From a virus, in the IMG/VR virus record IMGVR_UViG_3300013772_000006, positions 2,596-66,595 of that record: a stretch of DNA of 64,000 bases; one strand, 5' to 3'. The notes under the pieces were generated by a model. That model made no database searches. It was not told the DNA's origin and saw only the letters and a program-made list of their open reading frames with translations. The position numbers were made by a program, and so were the translations under genes. This document shows positions 19,347-27,374 of this stretch, piece by piece (position 1 is the stretch's first letter; each line of letters starts with the position of its first letter).

Positions 19347-20210
19347 TTAGGTGTCAAGGTAGGCGCCTATGAACCGCGCCGCGGGCCGCGGGTCGATGGC
19401 GTTCCCAAATCCGCGCAATTTACCCACTCTATTGGGTACCCCATGAGCCAGCAGACGAACTCCGGGTTTAACGCGCCGGGCTTTTCCGTCGGCTCCGAGG
19501 ACCCATTCATAACCTGCAGACTGAGAGCTGTTAGAGCCACTCCCAGCTTGGCTCCATTCGCTACCGCCTTCCTTTTTCGCTGAAGGAATTGCTCTGGTGT
19601 CCCACCTGCAGGGCGCGCGACCGGAGTTGCCCAAACTGTCCTCCCCAGCAACCCGTTCACCGGTACGTTCGGGCAATATGGGCCGTCCTTGTGGTCCCGC
19701 TGGGTTGCCGTCGGCCACAAACCAGTATCGGTCCCTGAGGTGGTCCGCCCCCGCGCTCGCGGCCTGGATAGGCATTGCCCCCACGGCGTAGCCCATGGTT
19801 TCCAGGTCACTTCGCACAAGTCCGAGCCATTTAGCCGCTGACGCAACCTGCTCTCCAAAGACGACTGGAGGGCGTCCGACCTCGATGAGGGCCTTGAAAT
19901 AGGGCCATAGGTGGCGTTCATCCTTGAATCCTCCTTGTTTTCCGGCAAGGGAGAATGGCTGGCACGGGCAACTGCCGGTCCATACAGGTCGATCGTCAGG
20001 CCATCCGGCCAGACGGAGGGCATAGCTCCAGCCCCCGATACCGGCGAAAAAGTGGCATTGGGTGAAGGTTTTAAGGTCATCCGGGGGTACCTCCGTTATG
20101 GATCGGTCATCCACCTCGCCGTCAGCAATAAGCCCCCTGAATATCAGGGCTTCGAGCCAGCGTACGGCGAAAGGGTCGTTTTCGTTATAATATGTGTATG
20201 GTTTAGGCAT
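19347..20210 (-). CDS. C5-cytosine DNA methyltransferase, large (alpha) polypeptide
   Basis: HFFAGIGG (I), GSCPCQPFS (IV), EQV (VI), HLRDRYWFVA (VIII), LRGFGNAI (X). Confidence 0.88.
   Translation of the reverse strand: MPKPYTYYNENDPFAVRWLEALIFRGLIADGEVDDRSITEVPPDDLKTFTQCHFFAGIGGWSYALRLAGWPDDRPVWTGSCPCQPFSLAGKQGGFKDERHLWPYFKALIEVGRPPVVFGEQVASAAKWLGLVRSDLETMGYAVGAMPIQAASAGADHLRDRYWFVADGNPAGPQGRPILPERTGERVAGEDSLGNSGRAPCRWDTRAIPSAKKEGGSEWSQAGSGSNSSQSAGYEWVLGADGKARRVKPGVRLLAHGVPNRVGKLRGFGNAIDPRPAARFIGAYLDT
19367..19921 (-). CDS. C5-methyltransferase small (beta) polypeptide encoded out of frame inside the alpha gene
   Basis: AAGGAGG-N8-ATG at 19936-19919; WPTATQRDHKDG and motif IX-like LNPEFVCWLMGYPIEW. 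Confidence 0.7.
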   Translation of the reverse strand: MNATYGPISRPSSRSDALQSSLESRLRQRLNGSDLCEVTWKPWATPWGQCLSRPRARGRTTSGTDTGLWPTATQRDHKDGPYCPNVPVNGLLGRTVWATPVARPAGGTPEQFLQRKRKAVANGAKLGVALTALSLQVMNGSSEPTEKPGALNPEFVCWLMGYPIEWVNCADLGTPSTRGPRRGS

Positions 20211-20241
20211 GAGCGGGTGGTACCTTATGTCAGTGGGGGTG

Positions 20242-20646
20242 TCAAGCCTCAGCCACCCTTTTTAATCGGCGCGATCGCCTATATGCTGCACCGCATGGCT
20301 TACAGTAGGTCTGGTAGCTATCCTTTGATCCGCTGCATATAGGGCAGGTAATCCCATATCCCCGCGGGCGCCGGCCAGACTGGGTTAAAAGCACAGTGGT
20401 TTTGTCATAGTTGTGAAGGGGGTTCTCGTCGAGTAGGGCACTCGCTTCGGCCTTGCGTGCGGTATGCCAGTCCGGAAACCACTCAATCCTGGCCGTGGCG
20501 ATATCTCGAGCCCACGATTTTGTACCGTGGCTCTGTAGGCGGGTGGCGAAGGGATTTTGAGACATCCCGATATATAACAGCTTGTCTTTGATGTCGAATA
20601 GCCTATATATAGCATGTGGCAAGGTGGCGCGGTCTTTATGGGTCAT
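20242..20646 (-). CDS. GIY-YIG endonuclease with C-terminal Zn finger
   Basis: AIYRLF...LLYIGMS...RLQSH...E...ENPLHN; CPIC...CKPC. Confidence 0.8.
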   Translation of the reverse strand: MTHKDRATLPHAIYRLFDIKDKLLYIGMSQNPFATRLQSHGTKSWARDIATARIEWFPDWHTARKAEASALLDENPLHNYDKTTVLLTQSGRRPRGYGITCPICSGSKDSYQTYCKPCGAAYRRSRRLKRVAEA

Positions 20647-20669
20647 CGGTACCTCCATTGGTTGGGTAT

Positions 20670-20698
20670 ACCTTACCACCTTGACATAAGTGTGTCAA
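20670..20698 (-). promoter_or_regulatory. Leftward early sigma70 promoter
   Basis: TTGACA-N17-TAAGGT. Confidence 0.7.
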
Positions 20699-20699
20699 G

Positions 20700-21620
20700 A
20701 GTGTCAACATTGCCTTTTTCTTTGCTATATATACCAAGGTGCCTCTATAAGACGCGCGAGGGGCGGGCCTTGGCCAGCCTCCCGGTGGGGTGAATCCATC
20801 GGTGCCAAGGTAACATGGTTGTACCATACATCAATAAGTTGCGTGTTATTTATGCGCTTTGCCTATCTCAGCGTGTATATGCTATGCGTTGTATGCATAG
20901 CACGTGTTAACCATGCTAGTTGCGAATGACTCTCATGAGGGCACATACGAAGCTGTGATACCAGTGACTTCTCGCATTGTCACATAGTTCCATAATCAAG
21001 TGCATGGTTAACAAGGTGGCAAATAAACACCGTTTCACCTTGTAATGGTGTCGTGAGCCATGCAATAATGCATAATATGCATAATATGCAAGCATAATAT
21101 GCAAGGTTACATATTTAAAAAAGTCAATAACGGCGGGTTTAAATCGCATAATATGTAATATGCAAAAGGAAAACGGCAAAAACCTGTGGGAGAATTGGAG
21201 CGTGACACCTTGTGACCTTTTGCCGGCTCGCCGCCAAGGACGGCAGCGAAGCAAAAAAATGCAGACAGCCTCTATTCTACTATATATAGAGTTATTATCA
21301 TAATTACACTACTAATAGACAGTTATTGTACACTCAAGGTTGCAAGGTGTCGCGATTACGTTTTTTCCCGGTTTCTCCCCGGGGATTTCACGAAAATGGC
21401 TTGCATATTAGCATATTAAGACCATTGTTTAATGATATCAATAGGTTCGAAATATGTGCTATAGCATAATTCGAAGGTTATTTCATATATTTCTGATATC
21501 ATTGAACAATTTGCCATTCAGCGTGGCATAAGGTTGCAAGGTATCAATATATCGCGTATTTGGTTGAGTGACAAAAATGCCACATTAACTCGATAGTCAT
21601 CATAACGTAGGATCATAGTC
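20700..21620. other. AT-rich non-coding hub with iterated and inverted repeats (putative replication origin or genome end region)
   Basis: TAATATGC at 21073, 21082, 21095, 21156 and inverted at 21403, 21411; inverted 19-mers at 21201 and 21336; lies between divergent early promoters. Confidence 0.55.
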
Positions 21621-21628
21621 GAATTTAA

Positions 21629-21656
21629 TTGACAGCGCCACTGGTCGTATTAGATT
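21629..21656 (+). promoter_or_regulatory. Rightward early sigma70 promoter
   Basis: TTGACA-N16-TAGATT. Confidence 0.65.
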
Positions 21657-21757
21657 GTGCGGAGTGGCCAACCCCATGCGCTCAAAGTCGGCCGCTACCC
21701 CGCAAAAAGCATAGGACAAGCGGGTACACTATCACTTGAACCAGTGGAGTACATCAC

Positions 21758-22069
21758 ATGACCGATAAACCCGATATCGATTATGCGCGCAAGCGTGGTT
21801 GGGCACCGCAATTGCTGATCGATGAGCTTCCAGCGGCCGACAAGCCCGCGACCACGTTGCAATCGAACCTAACATCCGAGCAAGCTTATGCCCTTGAAGC
21901 GCTGATTGACCAAGCGGGAATTGAGCTTGTCCTTATGGCGCTCAGCGAGATATGTGGCGCTAAGGCAGAACACATCGCCAGCAATTGGCAGGATACGCGG
22001 CTGGCGAAGCGGTGGGCCACGTTAGCAGGCGCGATCGGATGTATCGTTCCCAAGGCGACCGGGCTTTGA
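21758..22069 (+). CDS. Early hypothetical protein
   Basis: GGAG RBS; first ORF after the rightward promoter. Confidence 0.65.
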   Translation: MTDKPDIDYARKRGWAPQLLIDELPAADKPATTLQSNLTSEQAYALEALIDQAGIELVLMALSEICGAKAEHIASNWQDTRLAKRWATLAGAIGCIVPKATGL

Positions 22070-22324
22070 TTTGTTAAGCTTTGCATCCCTATATGGGATG
22101 CATTGCCTAGCATTTCGCTAGATAGGAGAGAACGACCATGACAAAACGCCACCACGACCCACGTTTAACGGAGCTCAGCGCCCTAGCTACTAAGCTCATT
22201 CATGCCCCGTTGCCGTTTCATGCGGTACCGCTCGCACCCAACGCAGACGATTATCTCATCCCTGCCTCGCGGCAAGAGGACTACATCGGCCGCGTCCTTC
22301 ACCTGACGCCATTCACGCCCAAAT

Positions 22325-22358
22325 AAGGTAACAAGGTAACAAGGTAACAAGGTAACAA
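22325..22358 (+). repeat. 8-bp tandem repeat (AAGGTAAC)x4
   Basis: Directly visible intergenic array before an AAGGAG RBS. Confidence 0.9.
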
Positions 22359-22730
22359 CAAAGGAGCCTAGCTATGACACATCGTGAACTAGTTCAGCAA
22401 ATCGCCCGCATGACCCGCTATTCAATCGACAGTAGCGACGATATGCTAGACGATTGCGTGGCAACCATGAACCGCCTTATTCAAGAGGCAAAGCTTATTG
22501 TATCACGGGAAACCGACTCCCAGTCTTAATTCTGCCATAATCAACGCGGATAATCCCCGGGTCAACCCAAACCAAGGAAACACGGCCATTGGCACACATG
22601 GCCCCTGCAGACGCCGCTATACAATCGAAGCGCCAACCCGCGACGATGTTAACCAATTGGCGATCGCCGCCGCGTATGCCGGGGGCGGAATAGAGCATGT
22701 TAAAGTAGTGCAAGTCAGGGAATTAACCCC

Positions 22731-23066
22731 ATGAAACTCTTAACAGCGTCAATCGAGCGTAAACTACGCGCCAATAGCAAGCTGCCCGATAGCAGGAAAG
22801 CGGATCTTAAGCCGGTCCTTAAGCTATTCAATCCGACCGGTGCCGCGACTTGGCTCATAACTGAGCTCGACGCGGACAATATCCTATTCGGGCTATGCGA
22901 CTTGGGGCTAGGGTGCGCGGAACTAGGCAGCGTCTCATTGCTCGAGCTCGAGCAATTTCGCGGTCGCATGGGGCTAGGTATAGAACGCGATCGGTGGTTT
23001 ACTGCGGATAAGTCACTGGCCGCTTATGCCGACGCGGCGCGCCTCGAGGGGAGAATAGTAGCATAA
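22731..23066 (+). CDS. DUF2958-family protein
   Basis: PVLKLFNPTGAATWLITE...LFGLCDLGLGCAELGSVSL...IERDRWF. Confidence 0.85.
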   Translation: MKLLTASIERKLRANSKLPDSRKADLKPVLKLFNPTGAATWLITELDADNILFGLCDLGLGCAELGSVSLLELEQFRGRMGLGIERDRWFTADKSLAAYADAARLEGRIVA

Positions 23067-23115
23067 TTTCGCCACAATCGGCGATTATGCTACTAGCTTA
23101 ATCGGAGCAACCCAC

Positions 23116-23331
23116 ATGAACGGCAAATCAACTCTCTACATAGAGCAATACGGCGACAAGCTTTGGGCTCACACCATTAAGGAATTGCGGGAAAAAGCGG
23201 GCGGCGGTCGCGTATTCAAAATATACGTTGACAAGATCGGCGGCCAGCATGCCGGCCATTCATGCCATATTGGCTATGGTATTGGTCGCCGTTGGTTCCA
23301 TGCGTACATTCCGTTTGAGGTGCCCGCATGA
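23116..23331 (+). CDS. Early hypothetical protein
   Basis: GGAG RBS, coupled to the next gene. Confidence 0.6.
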   Translation: MNGKSTLYIEQYGDKLWAHTIKELREKAGGGRVFKIYVDKIGGQHAGHSCHIGYGIGRRWFHAYIPFEVPA

Positions 23332-23981
23332 ACGCACTGAAAGCGGTCAATACTCTCACACTGAAAGCGGCCCGCGAAATAGCGGGCTCGCTCGGATATC
23401 CCTCTAAGATGCCGGGGACGTCCTATGGTATCAGCGCGTTTAAATGTAAAACCGGTGGCAAGCTTGCCAAGGTTCCTGGGTCTGTATGCTATGGCTGCTA
23501 CGCCATGAAAGGCAATTACATATATCAATCGGTCGCCATTGCTCATATGCGCCGCTTGGCTGGCATAGCATCGCCCCTATGGGCATTAGCGCTCGCAACG
23601 CAAATCAAGTTGAGCGGCACTAAATGGCACCGCTGGCATGACAGTGGTGACCTGCAGGACGTTGCGCACTTGGCTAAGATTTGCCGTGTCGCCGAGCTCA
23701 CGCCAAAGGTCAAGCATTGGCTACCGACACGCGAGTTTAAGATCCTGCAGGACTATATCGCCGGCGGCGGCGTTATTCCGCGGAACCTTACTATCCGCGT
23801 CAGTGGCACAATGGTTGACGGGCCGGCAACTAAGCAATGGCCTATTACGTCTACCGTTCACACTGTAACCGTGCCGGCCGGCGCCCGTGAATGCCCGGCG
23901 CCAAAGCAAGGCAATGAATGTGGATCGTGCCGCGCATGCTGGAACCCTAATGTCGCCCAAGTGAGCTACCATAAACACTAA
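23328..23981 (+). CDS. GP88-like Cys-rich (radical-SAM-related) protein
   Basis: C-x11-CYGCYA, HRWHDSGD, HWLPTRE, C-terminal CPA...CGSCRACW. Confidence 0.75.
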   Translation: MNALKAVNTLTLKAAREIAGSLGYPSKMPGTSYGISAFKCKTGGKLAKVPGSVCYGCYAMKGNYIYQSVAIAHMRRLAGIASPLWALALATQIKLSGTKWHRWHDSGDLQDVAHLAKICRVAELTPKVKHWLPTREFKILQDYIAGGGVIPRNLTIRVSGTMVDGPATKQWPITSTVHTVTVPAGARECPAPKQGNECGSCRACWNPNVAQVSYHKH

Positions 23982-24256
23982 TGAGCAAACGCCACCCTAA
24001 CGCTAGGGCACTACAAGACAGGCTATTCCGGCAACGCATCAAGCCGGGGCGTAAACTTAACAGAGAGGGGATTGATATGCGGGAGTTGTATATGCAGGCG
24101 CATGAAGAGCTCATGGAGCTCTATCTCGAACGCCATCCGGAAGCAACGGAAGCGGAAGCGTATGACAAGTGCGCCGATGGCGCCTATGATCGCATGCGCG
24201 ACCGGCTATGCGACCATGCCGACTATCTACGCAAGGCAAAACGGGAGAATGGTTAA
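23981..24256 (+). CDS. Early hypothetical protein
   Basis: Coupled ORF; start uncertain. Confidence 0.5.
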   Translation: MSKRHPNARALQDRLFRQRIKPGRKLNREGIDMRELYMQAHEELMELYLERHPEATEAEAYDKCADGAYDRMRDRLCDHADYLRKAKRENG

Positions 24257-24478
24257 ATGAGTTGGAAATGGGAAATGAATGACGGCGGGTGCTGGATTTC
24301 TAATGGCTTGCGCTTCGCCACAAAGGAAGAGGCGGAAGCGTATGGCGATAATCTCGCTATGCGTTGGTTTACACGGATCTCGGACCCGGCCAATTGCCGC
24401 GCGGTGGAAAGCGATGACCCGGTGACCGAAGGCAATGCGGAAGCATTCAAGCCCGCGGGCCATCGCGTCACTATCTAA
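24257..24478 (+). CDS. Early hypothetical protein
   Basis: NGLRFATKEEAEAY motif common in small phage early proteins. Confidence 0.6.
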   Translation: MSWKWEMNDGGCWISNGLRFATKEEAEAYGDNLAMRWFTRISDPANCRAVESDDPVTEGNAEAFKPAGHRVTI

Positions 24479-24537
24479 CGCGCCTTAATTCGGCCACAAT
24501 AGGGGAGTAGGCTTCAATCTTCATTGGAGCAACGCAC

Positions 24538-24849
24538 ATGCACATGGAATGCAAGATTGACCACACACTTGATGGTGTGATACCGGCCGTCCTTTGCCGG
24601 CGCTGTAATCCGCACGATGGGCCGCGGGTACGTTTTGAAACAAGTCACGCAGCGCCAGTGGCGCCGGCTGCCACTGACGCGCAAACGGAACGCTATGACC
24701 GCAAGATAAAACGCCGCTTGCGTGCTGAGGTCAAAGCTTGGCGCGAACGGGTCGCGGCGATTGAACGTTATACGATGACCGGTCCCGCCCTTGAGCGGGC
24801 GCGCGACACACTGCGCAAGGCTGAAACTGATCTGTACATGGTGGCCTAA
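24538..24849 (+). CDS. Early hypothetical protein
   Basis: GGAGCAACGCACATG start context like 23104-23118. Confidence 0.55.
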   Translation: MHMECKIDHTLDGVIPAVLCRRCNPHDGPRVRFETSHAAPVAPAATDAQTERYDRKIKRRLRAEVKAWRERVAAIERYTMTGPALERARDTLRKAETDLYMVA

Positions 24850-25418
24850 TATGGGTATTGCATCCGGTTCACTAGGCCCACTACGTAAGGCGCTATTAGA
24901 AGCGTTCATGGCGGGTGACATGGCCGCGTATGAAGCGGCGAACAAGGCGCTCCGCGACTGGCTAGTTCACAATCCGCCACACAAGGTGACAAGATGAAAC
25001 CCGATCCGAAGCCCGATAGAACACTTGGCCGCATGGCACCGCGAATAACGTGGGATGATACTTCGGCTCGTATCAATGCGGAGGCCCGTGCCCGTAAACG
25101 GGTAACCAGCCGCGATGACCTATCGACGCCCGGCCTGGTGCTGGCGCCGCATGATGAAACGCTGGCCGAGATCGCTGATCGGCTCAAATCAAAGATGGTG
25201 ATCAAATGATCGTTATCTATTATGCAAACAAGTTTGCTGACTGGCCTCTTATGTGTCTACATATGTTGCATGTTTTTTTATGCAATGAAAATCAGTGGAT
25301 TGTGCCTGGAACGGTGGAGCTCGACTAATATGACGTATTGGGTCCACTTTTGGTTTCAAGCCGCACTGTGGCTTAGCATTGGATTTATGTGGGGTGTGTG
25401 GATGGGGCACTATTTCAC

Positions 25419-25694
25419 ATGAGCACATCCTCGCCCGGCGCCGCGGTTACCAAATCCGGCCCGCAGAAGGCTAAAAAGTCAAAGGCGAAAGGTCGCAAGA
25501 TCGGACGCAACAAGCTGCGCTGCGACCGCTATCGGCTTGGCCACTATTACGAGCTCAACAAATGCCGGCGCCTTCGCAAGGTGCTAAAACGTAACCCAAA
25601 CGACATTAATGCTTTGGGATCACTGCGGTTCAACGCACAAGTGTTGTCCGGGCGCCAACGCGAAGCGCTTTGCATAGAGGAGTACATGGAATGA
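25419..25694 (+). CDS. Basic hypothetical protein
   Basis: Lys/Arg-rich; ATG 25419 overlaps the upstream TGA. Confidence 0.55.
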   Translation: MSTSSPGAAVTKSGPQKAKKSKAKGRKIGRNKLRCDRYRLGHYYELNKCRRLRKVLKRNPNDINALGSLRFNAQVLSGRQREALCIEEYME

Positions 25695-25930
25695 GTGATA
25701 GATGGCAACCGATTAAAACCGCTCCCACGGATGGTAAGCAAATTCTTACCGGCTTTCAGGGGCGGTTTGACTGGCGCTATTTTATTGACCCGGCGCACGG
25801 CGACGATACTGGAATAAATCAACCGCATGCGCGCCCCACCCATTTGGTACCCGTTACCCCCAGCACCGGGCTATGTGGTGTACATGGACTAACGCCCGCG
25901 TGCGGCGCTTTGCCTAGAGGAGTATATTGA

Positions 25931-26185
25931 ATGATAACCATCGAGAAGATAGTCGAAGCTAAAAAAGACAAATTAGCAGCTTATAGGAGTATAGGTATGA
26001 CCGCGCCAGTATCAATTGGCCGCTACATCATTGTGTGTGGGGATCCTGAGAATGGGTTCTGGTACATGGGACCATTCCCGTCGCATGAACGCGCTCGCCA
26101 ACATGCGATCGCTCATATGCGTAAAGAAAATACCTGGTGGGTAGCGGAAATGTTGACACCGGACAAAAACGAAGGTAGGATCTGA
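25931..26185 (+). CDS. Early hypothetical protein
   Basis: GAGGAG RBS; GDPxNGF.Y.GPF motif. Confidence 0.55.
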   Translation: MITIEKIVEAKKDKLAAYRSIGMTAPVSIGRYIIVCGDPENGFWYMGPFPSHERARQHAIAHMRKENTWWVAEMLTPDKNEGRI

Positions 26186-26442
26186 GCTTGGGGTTGCGCG
26201 CCAAACTACATGCTGATAGGGTCCACAACAGTGGGCTATGCCCGATCAGGATAACATGGATAGGTGCTTGCGACCCTGGCGGGCTAGTAGGTGCGCTCCT
26301 CCCTGCTAGTCCGCCCCAAGTTTCGAACGGCCGGGTGGTTTCCGGTCGGCAAGTGTGGTTGTCGGCTTACAGAAAGGTTACCTGCGTCCCGGCCCCCTAG
26401 CTGTGAGGGTTTCATGCGTTCAAGGTAATTGGACCACACACT
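26184..26442 (+). ncRNA. Candidate structured non-coding RNA with CUCCUCCC anti-SD hairpin
   Basis: About 260-nt intergenic region with many nested G-U-containing stems, including a 14-bp hairpin 26278-26315. Confidence 0.55.
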
Positions 26443-26459
26443 AATTTTTGGAGGGTACC

Positions 26460-26759
26460 ATGCACAGTATACAAGCTGAAATCAAGGTTGAGGTGCTGGG
26501 TTCCGGTGGCAAGGAATATGGTTATCCGGTGCTCGAGATCACGTATAGCTATACGCCCGGTTGTCGTGCGCGCGTCAACTACGATGAGAATGACTATCCG
26601 GCGGAGAGCGCCGAGGTCGAGGTTATGGACGTGACCCTGATCGAGGACGGTGGCCTAGATCCGATCGCTAGCCAACTGATGCAATGGGCCGAGGATTATA
26701 TCCAGGGCGACGGGTATTACCGGGCCTGCGAAGAGGCGGAAGCGGACTATGGGGATTAA
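26460..26759 (+). CDS. Acidic hypothetical protein
   Basis: GGAGGG RBS; YPAESAEVEV motif. Confidence 0.6.
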   Translation: MHSIQAEIKVEVLGSGGKEYGYPVLEITYSYTPGCRARVNYDENDYPAESAEVEVMDVTLIEDGGLDPIASQLMQWAEDYIQGDGYYRACEEAEADYGD

Positions 26760-26933
26760 TCAGGCGCAATGGAACCGAATAATGGGGGACGCCATTCGTC
26801 AGGTTACGGCGGACGCTGTGACCCGGGAACGAGAGGCCTGTGCTATGATTGTAGAGCGCTATGCGATAAATGCGGGACATATAGCGCTTATCATCGCTGC
26901 CGAGATAAGGCAACGCCGGTGTCGAGGTGATTA

Positions 26934-27374
26934 ATGGCCTACCCTGATATTTGGCAGGATGCGAACGGTAAGCGATGCACATCGCCAGAATATCGTGCAT
27001 GGCAGGCAGTAAAGAACCGCTGTCTAAATCCACGAGGACAGGATTGGAAATATTATGGGGGGCGAGGTATTACATTTGAGCCACGTTGGGTTGACTTTGC
27101 TGCATTTCTTAAAGATATGGGGCGTAAGCCCAGACCAGAGCTAACATTAGAACGAATAAATGGAAATAAGGCTTACTGCAAGGCTAATTGCACGTGGGCT
27201 ACACGACAGGTACAGGCACGTAACCGCGCATACGTGAAACTGTCTTTAACGAAGGTGGCCCAGATACGCCAAGCTAGCGGATATCAAAAAGATATTGCGC
27301 GACGGTTTGGTGTATCCCAAGGCCATATTTCGCAACTGCGTTTGGGCCGGGGATGGGGGGTGGAACATGGGTGA
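26934..27374 (+). CDS. HNH homing endonuclease with C-terminal HTH
   Basis: YGGRGI...DMG...TLERING...YCKANCTWAT..QARN; IARRFGVSQGHIS. Confidence 0.85.
   Translation: MAYPDIWQDANGKRCTSPEYRAWQAVKNRCLNPRGQDWKYYGGRGITFEPRWVDFAAFLKDMGRKPRPELTLERINGNKAYCKANCTWATRQVQARNRAYVKLSLTKVAQIRQASGYQKDIARRFGVSQGHISQLRLGRGWGVEHG

Noticed and set aside
20916-21254. 112-aa - strand ORF in the AT-rich hub
   Set aside because: Runs through the iteron repeats with atypical composition; probably non-coding.
16927-22358. Repeats as a CRISPR array
   Set aside because: Units are directly tandem with no unique spacers; the Cas4-like gene is a usual phage replication nuclease.
26213-26220. CTGATAG as a hammerhead ribozyme core
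   Set aside because: CTGAT is paired in a stem, and no matching GAAA/NUH arrangement was found.
26188-26400. 70-aa ORF with TTG start
   Set aside because: Weak start, no recognisable protein features; extensive base pairing is better explained as RNA structure.
13774-26934. Lysogeny module (integrase/repressor) or tRNA genes
   Set aside because: No recombinase motifs or tRNA cloverleaf recognised; lifestyle cannot be settled because the window may not cover the whole genome.
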